A stretch of DNA of 64,000 nt from Spirochaetia bacterium. Its GTDB lineage: Bacteria > Spirochaetota > Spirochaetia > CADAEX01. Below the pieces are notes generated by a model, which was not told the DNA's origin, ran no database searches, and was given only the letters and a program-made list of their open reading frames with translations. The position numbers and the translations under genes are program-made. The stretch covers positions 2,272,001 through 2,336,000 of the forward strand of contig OY759746.1 in NCBI GenBank assembly GCA_963662795.1, read 5' to 3'. Below, piece after piece: positions 41,603 through 51,557 of the stretch (position 1 is its first letter; the number at the start of each line of letters is the position of its first letter).

Positions 41603-43129
41603 ATGGAAAAATCCCTGAACCGGCCTTTTGCTGAGTTCATTACTGATTTTAAAGAGAAACTGAAATATATTTTTTATGTAAGAAGCGATCTGGATAAACT
41701 AAGCACAAAGCGGGGACTGCCTCCTTTTGTTCTTCGGGAAATAATGTCAGGGAATCCCCTGTCGGCGTTTATCCCCTCCCGGTACGGCGGCCGGGGAGGG
41801 TCTGTCCGTGAGGGGCTTGAGCTGCTTTCGGCGGCCGGGTATGAGTCTCTTCCCCTTTCACTTGGATTTGGAATCAACTGGGCACTTTTCCTTCAGCCTG
41901 TCGCAAAATACGCGGAAGAAAAAATCAAACCTTTTGTTTTTAATGGATTTCTGCAGGACAGGAAGATGGGCGGCCTTATGATAACAGAACCTGATTTCGG
42001 CAGCGACGCCCTCAATATGAAAACCTCATATACCGATGAAGGCATCTTTTTCCACCTTAAGGGAAAAAAGCACTGGGCCGGGCTTACAGGCTGGGCAGAT
42101 TACTGGCTGCTTACCGCAAGGCGTAAAAAAGAAGACGGTAACCTTGCAAGGGATATTGATTTTTTCATCTGTGATGTTTCTGAACCGGAGCAGAATATCA
42201 AAGTTGAGGAATTATACGAAAACCTCGGTGTATACATGCTCCCATACGGGCGGAATAGTATAGATGTAAAGATTCCCCGTCTTCAGAAGCTTAAGCCGGA
42301 AAGTTCAGGCATCAAGATGATGCTTGATCTGCTTCACCGCAGCAGGATGCAGTTTCCGGGTATGGGCATGGGTTTTTTGAAGCGGATGCTTGATGAGGCG
42401 GTAAAACATACTCTTGACCGCAGTGTAGGGGGAAGAAGCCTTTTCAGCTACGACCAGGTCCAGCAGCGCCTGACAAAACTTCAGTCGGCATATACTGTAT
42501 GCTCCGCAATGTGTTATAACAGCGCGGGGAAAGCGGGAATAGAAAACAACCTTTCCGGGATCGGTATTGAAGCAAACTCTGTAAAAACCTATGTGACAGA
42601 TCTGATGCAGGAGTCTTCCCAGTCCCTTCTTCAGCTGACAGGGGCCAAGGGGTACCGTCTTGATCATATCGCGGGCCGCTCAATTGTCGACAGCCGTCCT
42701 TTCCAGATATTTGAAGGGTCCAACGATATCCTTTACATCCAGATCGCAGAAGGTGTGCAGAAGCTGATGTCCCAGGGGGAGGAGAGTGGATATTCCGGGA
42801 AGAATAATTTTCTGCAGTTCCTGATGTATTATGAACTTACTTCTCTTGCGGCAGAACATCTTGATAAAAAACTGCTTGATTTTACGCTGAATGAGCAGCT
42901 GCCGCAGAGGCGGCTTACTGCTCTTGGCATGATCATCAGCCGTATAATCGCAGTGAATATGGTTTTAAAATTAACCGGCACAGGATTTAACAAATCACTT
43001 GTTGAAAGCTCTCTCGTAAGTCTCAGGCAGGAGATTGCATCGCTTATAAGCGGGTATCATTCGGAAAATAATGGTGCATACATCGAAGGTTATGAAGAGG
43101 ACAGTTCATGGTTTGACCTTGTTATATGA
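41603..43129 (+). CDS. Acyl-CoA dehydrogenase family protein
   Basis: YGGRG, MITEPDFGSDA, GKKHW, GAKGY, IFEGSNDI. Confidence 0.9.
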   Translation: MEKSLNRPFAEFITDFKEKLKYIFYVRSDLDKLSTKRGLPPFVLREIMSGNPLSAFIPSRYGGRGGSVREGLELLSAAGYESLPLSLGFGINWALFLQPVAKYAEEKIKPFVFNGFLQDRKMGGLMITEPDFGSDALNMKTSYTDEGIFFHLKGKKHWAGLTGWADYWLLTARRKKEDGNLARDIDFFICDVSEPEQNIKVEELYENLGVYMLPYGRNSIDVKIPRLQKLKPESSGIKMMLDLLHRSRMQFPGMGMGFLKRMLDEAVKHTLDRSVGGRSLFSYDQVQQRLTKLQSAYTVCSAMCYNSAGKAGIENNLSGIGIEANSVKTYVTDLMQESSQSLLQLTGAKGYRLDHIAGRSIVDSRPFQIFEGSNDILYIQIAEGVQKLMSQGEESGYSGKNNFLQFLMYYELTSLAAEHLDKKLLDFTLNEQLPQRRLTALGMIISRIIAVNMVLKLTGTGFNKSLVESSLVSLRQEIASLISGYHSENNGAYIEGYEEDSSWFDLVI

Positions 43130-43165
43130 TTGGCTTATCGCCATATGCTGCAAAACAGGAAAAAA

Positions 43166-43223
43166 AATATCCCGCCGTCCGGTGAGTAACCCCTGGGGAT
43201 TATTTCCGGGAAGCGGGATTTTT
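43166..43223. terminator. Long hairpin/terminator between convergent genes
   Basis: ATCCCGC...GCGGGAT outer stem with inner CCGG and TAACCCC/GGGATTA pairing, flanked by A and T runs. Confidence 0.55.
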
Positions 43224-43249
43224 AATTAAATCTTCCTTGCGGAAGCTGA

Positions 43250-43348
43250 TTATCTTGCGCTTAATGAAGTGTCATTGAAATCACTGACAAGTGCAAGAAT
43301 AAATGATGATACTGTCAAAACCACTGCCATTACTTCAATAATTAACAT
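43250..43348 (-). CDS. Putative 32-aa single-TM small protein
   Basis: ATG with GGAGG RBS; MLIIEVMAVVLTVSSFILALVSDFNDTSLSAR; below ORF-track cutoff. Confidence 0.5.
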   Translation of the reverse strand: MLIIEVMAVVLTVSSFILALVSDFNDTSLSAR

Positions 43349-43540
43349 ATTTTTCCTCCGTTATTATTATATCTATAATATAATAATAACCAATGGTTAT
43401 CGTCAATAAAATATTGATAAAACTATTATTCGTTTATATATAAGCTGTTTTTATACTGAACCTTGTTTTGGAATCCGATCCGGGGGCATTCTTAATTCCT
43501 GGTTTAAGACAAACGAAAATTCGGGCAGGGAATATTATTC

Positions 43541-44569
43541 TTGACCAGTGGAATAAGTGTCCCTATCATATACATAATGTCAAAACTGCCGGTTAAAGGA
43601 ATCCTGCTCTTTGCAGTAGTTTTATTTTTTTTGCTCCTGCCGCTCTATACCTGGGCTCAGGTCCTGCTTCCTTCTGCTGATAAAAAAAATATTGATATCG
43701 GGGATATTTCCGTTCATCTTAATGCCGGAATGCTTATCGGTACTGCAAATGAATATGTTTACAGCGGTGATTACACCTTAAGCCGGCTGATCTGGGAAAT
43801 AGATAATTTATATATGGCGGGCGGCGGGTTTTCTCTCAATAAAAACGGGCTGATTTCAATGCAGGCTGATTTATGGCTTAAGGTAATGGACGGCAGCGGA
43901 GTGATGGATGATTATGACTGGCTTGCCGGAGATCTTCCGTGGACACACTGGTCGCATCACCCTGATACTGCCGTAACTAAAGGGACAATTTTCGATCTCT
44001 GTTTTGAGATTGCGCCTGATCGGCTTAAGTATGAGTATTTAGGCTTCAGCGGTTTTGCAGGCTACAGGTTTTCAGATTTTAAATGGGAGTCAAGAGGCGG
44101 TTCCTATATTTATTCATCAGTCAACGAGGCAGGGACCGAGCTTACCGGATTCCGTAATCTTTCCGGTGATTTTAAAGACGGGGAGCCTGCAATATCATAC
44201 CGGCAGACATATAATCTCCCTTATCTCGGCCTGGGGGCTGTAGGGCGCTTAGGTAATTTCCGTCTTGCGGCAAAACTTATCGGAAGCCTGTTTGTTTTTG
44301 GAAAAGCGGTTGATAATCATCACATGAGAGATATGGTGACCTATGCCTGGTTTAACTGGGGACAGATGTTTTCTTCAGATCTTTCCGCACAATACTCCAT
44401 TACTCAGCATTCAGCTTTAAAAGCTGCATTCAGCTATTCTGCATACGGAAAACTGCGCGGCGATACTGAATATCACTTTGCCGACGGGAGTGTGATAACA
44501 TATGAAAACGCAGAAGGCGCGGATTTCGAAACAGTAATGTTCTCTCTTTCTTATGTATATGATTTTTAA
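43541..44569 (+). CDS. Omptin-family outer-membrane protease
   Basis: SRLIW, MDDYDW, WSHHPDT, ISYRQ..LPYLGL, DNH and terminal Phe; true start probably a downstream Met. Confidence 0.88.
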   Translation: MTSGISVPIIYIMSKLPVKGILLFAVVLFFLLLPLYTWAQVLLPSADKKNIDIGDISVHLNAGMLIGTANEYVYSGDYTLSRLIWEIDNLYMAGGGFSLNKNGLISMQADLWLKVMDGSGVMDDYDWLAGDLPWTHWSHHPDTAVTKGTIFDLCFEIAPDRLKYEYLGFSGFAGYRFSDFKWESRGGSYIYSSVNEAGTELTGFRNLSGDFKDGEPAISYRQTYNLPYLGLGAVGRLGNFRLAAKLIGSLFVFGKAVDNHHMRDMVTYAWFNWGQMFSSDLSAQYSITQHSALKAAFSYSAYGKLRGDTEYHFADGSVITYENAEGADFETVMFSLSYVYDF

Positions 44570-44834
44570 AGATTTATAATTTCAGTTTGGGCATTAAAAG
44601 AAATTAATTTTAATTGCTGACTCTTCTGCGAATTTCTGCGAAGGTTTGATACTTAGTCGAATATATAAAAATATGCAGTAAGAAATGCTTAATGAAATCA
44701 GAAAATGATGAAGAGGCAAGTATCTGCATCATTGTATAATCAGATTTATTCTCATGAAGTAATTGCGGACGGCTTTTTCAATTCATGTTATAATTGGAAT
44801 ATCTGGCTATAACATGAATTGAGGAGGATCAGCA

Positions 44835-46130
44835 GTGGCCCACCATACCATGAAAAAATCTGCCTATGAAAACCTTACAGACCGTCTTAACCGTTTCCCC
44901 CAGGGGGCTCCTCCGTCAGAGACGCTTTATAAAATCCTTAAAATACTTTTCAGCGAAAAAGAGGCAGGTCTTGCCGCGCTGCTTCCCATAAAACCTTTTA
45001 CTGTAAAAACAGCATCTGAGTGCTGGAAAATGGATGAAAAAGAAACGAGAAAAATCCTTGATGAACTTGCAGGCAGGGCAATACTCCTTGATATGGAGGT
45101 AAAAGGGGAGAGGAGGTATGTGCTGCCTCCCCCCATGGCAGGTTTTTTCGAGTTTTCCATGATGAGGATAAGGGGGGATGTCGACCAGAAGCTTCTTGCC
45201 GAGCTTTTTTATCAGTATTTAAATGTGGAAGAGGATTTTATAAAAGATCTTTTCGCAAACGGGGAGACCCAGCTCGGGAGAATTTTTATAAATGAAGGGA
45301 CACTTTCCCCTGAGAACGCTCTTCATGTACTTGATTACGAGAGAGCAAGCGAGGTTATCAAAACAGCCTCGGCAATCGGGGTGGGGACCTGCTACTGCAG
45401 GCACAAGATGGAACACGCGGGAATGCGGTGCGACGCCCCGATGGATATCTGCATGACTTTCAACACAAGCGCTTCCTCCCTTGTGAGAAGCGGAAACGCG
45501 AGGGGCATTGAGGCATCAGAGTGTCTTGATCTGCTTGACCTTGCGCAGGAGCATAACCTTGTCCAGTTCGGGGAGAATGTGCAGCAGAACGTTAATTTTA
45601 TCTGCAACTGCTGCTCATGCTGCTGCGAAGCGCTGGTTGCCGCCCGCAAATACGGGATGATGCATCCTGTTCACACAACCAACTTTCTACCGGCAGTGGA
45701 CACCTCTTCCTGCACCGGCTGCGGCAAGTGCGTAAACGTCTGCCCTGTCGAGGCGATGGGGCTGGTCTCATCCAGCGATCCTTTAAACAAGAACCGCAAA
45801 AAGGCAAAGGTTGACGAGAGCATATGTCTCGGGTGCGGTGTATGCCTTAGGGTATGCCCTTCAAATTCCTTATCGCTCAAAAGCAGGGAGAAGCGGGTAA
45901 TAACTCCGGTAGATTCAACCCATAAGGCGGTCCTTATGGCAATAGAGCGGGGAAAACTGCAGAACCTTATATTCGATAATCAGCTTCTTTTCAGCCACAG
46001 GGCAATGGCATCTGTGCTGGGTGTAATACTGCGCCTTCCCTATGTGAAACAGCTGCTTGCAAGCGAGCAGATTAAATCGAGGTACCTCGAGAAGATGATA
46101 GAAAACTACAACAGGAAGACTAATCAATAG
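44835..46130 (+). CDS. 4Fe-4S dicluster protein with extra Cys motifs
   Basis: CYCRH, ICNCCSCCC, CTGCGKCVNVCP, CLGCGVCLRVCP. Confidence 0.85.
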   Translation: MAHHTMKKSAYENLTDRLNRFPQGAPPSETLYKILKILFSEKEAGLAALLPIKPFTVKTASECWKMDEKETRKILDELAGRAILLDMEVKGERRYVLPPPMAGFFEFSMMRIRGDVDQKLLAELFYQYLNVEEDFIKDLFANGETQLGRIFINEGTLSPENALHVLDYERASEVIKTASAIGVGTCYCRHKMEHAGMRCDAPMDICMTFNTSASSLVRSGNARGIEASECLDLLDLAQEHNLVQFGENVQQNVNFICNCCSCCCEALVAARKYGMMHPVHTTNFLPAVDTSSCTGCGKCVNVCPVEAMGLVSSSDPLNKNRKKAKVDESICLGCGVCLRVCPSNSLSLKSREKRVITPVDSTHKAVLMAIERGKLQNLIFDNQLLFSHRAMASVLGVILRLPYVKQLLASEQIKSRYLEKMIENYNRKTNQ

Positions 46131-46472
46131 TAGATCGGCTGCAGCTAACATTTCCATTATCTTTTGAAATATGTAGTAATAGTAACTATTGTTACAGCCC
46201 ACCTTAACTTTTGTTATGGATGAAAATAACAGAAACATTGAAAACTATTTTTTTATCTGAAACTGTACTGAAAAAATCATGAATAATTTGTTTATCTCTT
46301 CTTAACTGTATTTGGCATTAAAATTGCACATAATCTATTGAAACTGTTACTTCTGTAGAAAATTATTGCAAACTGGGTGTTGTGGGTTCATAATGACAAT
46401 AATCATATTGAGATGGAAAATGATAAAAATTAATTTTTTCATCAAAGTTAAAAAATATATCAAAGGCACATA

Positions 46473-46763
46473 ATGATTTTTATTGCACATGAGAATCAAT
46501 TACTGAAAGATCATCTTGAAGGGGTATCCAGGCTTTGCCGCAAGAATGCTGAAAAAATCGGTTGTGGGAATTACGGGGAAGTTCTTGGACTTCTTCATGA
46601 TCTTGGAAAATACAGCAAAGAATTTCAGGATTATATAAAATCTGCTGTTGGAATTCTTGACCCGGATGTTGATGAAGATTTTGTTGATGCCAAAGGACTC
46701 AAAGGAAAAATTGATCATTCAAGCTTGGGAAAGGCGATAAATGATAAGAAAAAAAGCATTTAG
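46473..46763 (+). pseudogene. cas3: Truncated cas3 HD-domain N-terminal remnant
   Basis: IAH...LKDHL...LLHDLGK...IDHS, then stops; lacks the later HH and D ligands and the helicase. Confidence 0.8.
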
Positions 46764-48945
46764 TATTAACTTAGAAGATGTGAAAGACTATTATGCTCAT
46801 TCAGCTAATGAAAAAGGTGAATGGCATCTACTTAAAGATCATTTAACTTCCACAGCAACTCTTATGAAATCTTTTGCTTGTGAAGATGATTATAAAGAAA
46901 TATTTATGCGAACGGGACTTCTTCATGATTTGGGAAAATATCAGCCAGAATTTCAAGATTATCTGATGAATGGAGGACAACGGGGAAGTGTCCCGCATGC
47001 TGTATGGGGGGCTGCACTTGCTCGAAAATTACAATTACCTGAAATTGCATTTGTAATTGATGGGCATCACAAAGGAATGCCTGACAAAGGTGTTCTACGA
47101 ACTGATACTGAGGAATTTCAGGATGAAACGCATTCTCTTAATACAAAAGTTAAGAAAGAATTCTACCGAGATAGTTCAACTCAAGAATCAGAATTTCTTC
47201 CAATTAGGCTTGGTTTATCATCTTTAGACCGGGAATTATTTGTTCGCTATCTTTTTAGTTCGTTGACAGATTCTGACTGGTTAGATACTGAAAAACATTT
47301 TAACATTGATATTGCAAAAATAAGAAGGCATAGAAAATTAGATTATGATTGTTTAATAAAAAAACTTGAAACAGAATTGTCAGAGAAATCAAAATATGGG
47401 AATATTAATGTCCTTAGAAATTCTGTCAGACAATTTGCACTTTCAAGGTCGGATTCTCCAATAGGTTTCTTTTCTTTGAGTTTGCCAACCGGTATGGGTA
47501 AGACTCTTACCTCAGTATCATGGGCATTGTTCCATGCAAGGAAAAATGATCTAAAACGTATTATTATAGTTCTCCCTTTCGTCAATATCATTGATCAAAC
47601 AGCAAAAGAACTTAAGAGAATTTTTGGAGATGAATGGGTGTTGGAACATCATTCATCCTATAATGAACAAAACAAAGACAACGAATCGATGAAGAGGGAA
47701 ACAAATATAAAAAAATTGGCAACTGAAAACTGGGATTATCCTATAATAGTGACAACTACTGTTCAATTTTTTGATTCCTTGTTTTCTAACAAGCCTAGAA
47801 GATGTAGAAAAGTTCATAATATTTCTGAAGCAGTGGTCATTTTTGATGAAGTTCAAAGTTTACCCAAAGAACTTATTGCCCCGACACTCTCTATTCTTGA
47901 GAGTATTAAGAGTATAATGAAGACATCATTTTTATTTTGTACTGCTACTCAACCAGCCTTTGAAAAACGTGAAGATTTTTCTGAAGGTATAGACGGAATA
48001 CTATCACTGGTAGAAAATCCTGAAGAATTATATAGGAACACAAAACGTGTTAATTATAGAGCCATTAACAATTTTGAACCGTTATCCATTAGGGACCTGT
48101 TGTTTCTAATTGCCAAGGAAAGGCGTTCAATTCTTTCCATTTATAATACAAAAAAGAAGGCTTTAGAGGCTTATAGTAATTCAAAGGAACTTGGGATTTT
48201 GACCTCCCGATATCATCTTTCTACATCTATGTGTCCTGAACATCGGAAACGTGTTATAGATAATATAAAGTCAGATATAAATGAGGGGAAATCAGTTTTT
48301 GTTGCTTCGACACAACTAATTGAGGCTGGAGTTGATCTTGATTTCCCTTGTGTCTTTCGGGAAGCAGCACCTTTAGAATCTGTCATTCAATCAGCAGGTC
48401 GATGTAACAGGGAAGGGAAGCTAAATGAATCTGGCGGATTAGGGGATGTTTTCCTTTTTAGCATTGAAGGAAATACTTTCCCTGACCCATTGTATCAAAC
48501 TCTATCACAATATACGATGGGGCTTCTGAAAAAAGATATTGATCAGTTATATACTTATGATTTCTTTACAAATTATTACGAGAATGTCGTTAAGCTTTTT
48601 GTAGATGCTGATAAGAAGAAGGTCAATGAATCCCGTAAGAACTTCGATTTTGAAACTGTTGCCAATACTTATCACTTGATAGAACAGAATACTACAAGCC
48701 TTTTTATACTAAATTATAACCAGGCTACACGTGATTTTTATGAAAGTGTTAAATATAAGCCATATCTTAGCAAAGAAGAGTATCAATACATGCAATTATT
48801 CAGTGTCCAGGTTTTTGACAACTTTCTAGGTAAGACCGTCGGGCAATGGGAAGAAAAAGAACAGGGATTTTATGTATGGTACGGTTCTTATGATAAGGAT
48901 ACTGGAATTACACCTGATCCTATTTTGACAGATGGTATAGTCTAA
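46741..48945 (+). CDS. cas3: CRISPR-associated HD nuclease/helicase Cas3 (type I-C)
   Basis: YAHS, LKDHL, LLHDLGK, GHH, DSDW; LPTGMGKT, DEVQ, TAT, QSAGRCNREG. Confidence 0.96.
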   Translation: MIRKKAFSINLEDVKDYYAHSANEKGEWHLLKDHLTSTATLMKSFACEDDYKEIFMRTGLLHDLGKYQPEFQDYLMNGGQRGSVPHAVWGAALARKLQLPEIAFVIDGHHKGMPDKGVLRTDTEEFQDETHSLNTKVKKEFYRDSSTQESEFLPIRLGLSSLDRELFVRYLFSSLTDSDWLDTEKHFNIDIAKIRRHRKLDYDCLIKKLETELSEKSKYGNINVLRNSVRQFALSRSDSPIGFFSLSLPTGMGKTLTSVSWALFHARKNDLKRIIIVLPFVNIIDQTAKELKRIFGDEWVLEHHSSYNEQNKDNESMKRETNIKKLATENWDYPIIVTTTVQFFDSLFSNKPRRCRKVHNISEAVVIFDEVQSLPKELIAPTLSILESIKSIMKTSFLFCTATQPAFEKREDFSEGIDGILSLVENPEELYRNTKRVNYRAINNFEPLSIRDLLFLIAKERRSILSIYNTKKKALEAYSNSKELGILTSRYHLSTSMCPEHRKRVIDNIKSDINEGKSVFVASTQLIEAGVDLDFPCVFREAAPLESVIQSAGRCNREGKLNESGGLGDVFLFSIEGNTFPDPLYQTLSQYTMGLLKKDIDQLYTYDFFTNYYENVVKLFVDADKKKVNESRKNFDFETVANTYHLIEQNTTSLFILNYNQATRDFYESVKYKPYLSKEEYQYMQLFSVQVFDNFLGKTVGQWEEKEQGFYVWYGSYDKDTGITPDPILTDGIV

Positions 48946-48958
48946 AGGAGGTGAAATA

Positions 48959-49711
48959 GTGTTGGATCAAGAGATTGTCAAAGTAAAAGTTGGGGGAGAC
49001 TTTGCTTGTTTTACCAGACCTGACTTGAAGGTTGAGCGTATGACTTATCCATGTATGACCCCTTCAGCTGCACGAGGAATTCTTGATTCCATTTTATGGA
49101 AACCGGAATTTCAGTGGTATGTGAGGAAAATTCTAATTCTAAAGCCAGTGAAATTCTTCTCAATCAAACGAAATGAAATTAATTCAAAACAAGGTGGACG
49201 AATTATAGAAATTGATGCTATTGATGCCAGGGGAAAGCCTCAATTCCGGACTCAACGTAATAGTATAGTCCTGAAAGACGTTTCTTATATCATTGAAGCC
49301 TCAGTATTCCAAAATGGGTTTGATACGAAGAACCCATCAGTTAAGTACACAGAAATGTTTCGCCGTAGAGTACGCAAGGGTCAATGTTATCGACGTCCAT
49401 TCTTGGGAACTCGTGAGTTTTCTGCTGAGTTTGAAGAGGTCAATGATGCGGACGTCCCCATAAATGAGATAATACCTGTTGGCAGTATGGTTTTTGATAT
49501 TTTTTATGATGAACAGGGAAAACCCTCTCCACTCTTTTTCTATGATGTTGCTGTTATTAATGGAGTACTGAATTGTGAAGTTCCTGAAAATGTTGTCATG
49601 ATGACGTCCAGCCATTTTCGTCCACCCTTGGATGATGAAATTTCTGCAGTTCTTTATGGATTCAACCAGCAAGAAGATAAAGATGAAGTTCAGGAGGTTG
49701 GAGATGATTAA
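48959..49711 (+). CDS. cas5: Cas5c (Cas5d), type I-C
   Basis: GDFACFTRPDLKVERMTY, TPSAARGI, PFLGTREF. Confidence 0.96.
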   Translation: MLDQEIVKVKVGGDFACFTRPDLKVERMTYPCMTPSAARGILDSILWKPEFQWYVRKILILKPVKFFSIKRNEINSKQGGRIIEIDAIDARGKPQFRTQRNSIVLKDVSYIIEASVFQNGFDTKNPSVKYTEMFRRRVRKGQCYRRPFLGTREFSAEFEEVNDADVPINEIIPVGSMVFDIFYDEQGKPSPLFFYDVAVINGVLNCEVPENVVMMTSSHFRPPLDDEISAVLYGFNQQEDKDEVQEVGDD

Positions 49712-51557
49712 AGAGCTAAGTGAACTAGGAAAACAGTTAAGAGAAGAACAAAGCAAAGAGAAACTTATTCATGACGCGATTAAATATGAACCAATGTCAA
49801 TTGACCTTATAATAAATGAAGATGGTTCATTTGATTCTTTTCTTGTTTTTCCTCAAAAAATGACTCCTGCTGAGGCTATAACTGCAAAAAAGGGTAAAGC
49901 CCGTTTACTTCTTGATAAAGCAGAAGAAGTGTTATGCTTTAAAAGTGAAATTTTTATAGAAGAATTAAAGAAAAAACCTGATTCGGAAAAGAAGGTAGCA
50001 CAATATTTGAAAGGTGTTGAATCGAAACATCAACTTTTCATTAATAAGCTCAAAGAGTATAACGATTTACAAATATTGGGTCCTATTTTTAAGTTTTATT
50101 TTGACAACAAAAGTCAGGGGATTGATAAGGCCCTTGAAGCCTTTTTCAACCAGGTCGAAATAAAACAACAAGGAGGCAATATAGCCTTTAGGTTGGTTAG
50201 TCAACAATGTCGTCTACATGAAGAAACAATTATTTTGCAAACACTAATCAATCGATTTGAGAATACCAAGTCTCCAGATAAAAAATGTTCAATTTGTGGA
50301 TTATCTGAACATCGTGTTGTTGATCTACCTCATGGAACGGTTAAACGAGTTCCCGGCGGTTTATCTGCTGGTAATATTCTTGTTTCCTATAATGAAAATG
50401 CGTTTGAATCATATAATTTAATTGGCAATGAAAATTCCTCAATATGTGTTAATTGTGCCCGTACCTATGTTGAAGGTTTAAACTGGCTTTTAAACAACGG
50501 TACCGAATTATCTAAACAAGATAAAAATGGAAAAACAAAAAAACATTTTCAATTCTCCAATCGAAAAAATTTTGGTTCTGATACTGCAATGGTGTATTGG
50601 ACTCGTGCCAAAAAAGACCTTGATGAGTTGGATTTACTTGAGACTCCTGACGAAAAACAGGTAGACCTACTGATTAATTCCGTTTCAAGAGGAAAAGAAA
50701 CATCAGTTAAGGCAATTAAAGACGATCAGTTTTATTCTTTAACTCTATCCGGGGCAGCTGCACGTATAGCTGTTCGGGACTGGATAGAGTTAAGTCTTGC
50801 TGATTATAAAAAGAATATCGGACAGTGGTTTATTGATATTGCTATTGAATCCTATGGGAAAAAATATTATGCACCATTGTATTGGCTATCGCAGGCCGGA
50901 CAGAATGAAAAAATAAAAAATGATGTTACCTCATCCAGAATAGCAACATATCTTTGGAATGCAGCTCTGAAAGGTTCTCCCCCTCCGATATGGATTCTGA
51001 GTGCTGTGCTTAAAAGGCTTAGGTATATGACCCCAACGGATGATAATAATTCGAAAAAAGAACCAGTAACCAAAGAGCGGGCAGCGTTGATACGTTTGAT
51101 ATTAAATAGAAATTTAAGAGAAGGAGGTCTTCGAATGGAGGAACAGTTAGATAAAGAAAATTTAAGCCCTGCATATATTTGTGGGCAGATATTTGCTGTA
51201 TTAGTTGATATTCAGAGGGCTGCGTTAGGAAGTAACGTTAATGCCGGTATACGTGAGAGGTTTTTCTCCTTTGCATCTGCTACCCCGGCATCAGCATTCG
51301 GCCGTTTGATGAAGTTGTCACAGAATCATCTGACAAAACTCAAGGGAGAAAAGCCAGGTGTTTTTTTTGTTCTTGACAGGGAACTTCAGGAAGTGAATTC
51401 AAAAATACTTAATGCTCAATACCCTGCAATTTTGACATTAGAAGAACAAGGTCAGTTTGCGCTTGGTTATTACCATAAAAAACAGGAAACCTGGAACAAA
51501 ATTCAGAAAAATAAGGAATTAAAAGAAGCTCTTGAAAACGAGGAGGAAGAGAAATGA
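49704..51557 (+). CDS. cas8c: Cas8c/Csd1 large subunit
   Basis: Between cas5 and cas7; LVSYNENAFESY, AARIAVRDW, EEQGQFALGYY; ATG 49704 with GGAG RBS. Confidence 0.92.
   Translation: MIKELSELGKQLREEQSKEKLIHDAIKYEPMSIDLIINEDGSFDSFLVFPQKMTPAEAITAKKGKARLLLDKAEEVLCFKSEIFIEELKKKPDSEKKVAQYLKGVESKHQLFINKLKEYNDLQILGPIFKFYFDNKSQGIDKALEAFFNQVEIKQQGGNIAFRLVSQQCRLHEETIILQTLINRFENTKSPDKKCSICGLSEHRVVDLPHGTVKRVPGGLSAGNILVSYNENAFESYNLIGNENSSICVNCARTYVEGLNWLLNNGTELSKQDKNGKTKKHFQFSNRKNFGSDTAMVYWTRAKKDLDELDLLETPDEKQVDLLINSVSRGKETSVKAIKDDQFYSLTLSGAAARIAVRDWIELSLADYKKNIGQWFIDIAIESYGKKYYAPLYWLSQAGQNEKIKNDVTSSRIATYLWNAALKGSPPPIWILSAVLKRLRYMTPTDDNNSKKEPVTKERAALIRLILNRNLREGGLRMEEQLDKENLSPAYICGQIFAVLVDIQRAALGSNVNAGIRERFFSFASATPASAFGRLMKLSQNHLTKLKGEKPGVFFVLDRELQEVNSKILNAQYPAILTLEEQGQFALGYYHKKQETWNKIQKNKELKEALENEEEEK
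51135..51557 (+). CDS. cas11: Internally translated Cas11c small subunit (in frame within cas8c)
   Basis: AAGGAGG at 51121, 7 nt before in-frame ATG 51135 (MEEQLDKENLSPAYICGQIFAVL...), 140 aa. Confidence 0.75.
   Translation: MEEQLDKENLSPAYICGQIFAVLVDIQRAALGSNVNAGIRERFFSFASATPASAFGRLMKLSQNHLTKLKGEKPGVFFVLDRELQEVNSKILNAQYPAILTLEEQGQFALGYYHKKQETWNKIQKNKELKEALENEEEEK

Noticed and set aside
46473-46763. Stand-alone functional Cas3'' (split cas3)
   Set aside because: Lacks the later HD metal ligands, and the downstream Cas3 already has a full HD domain
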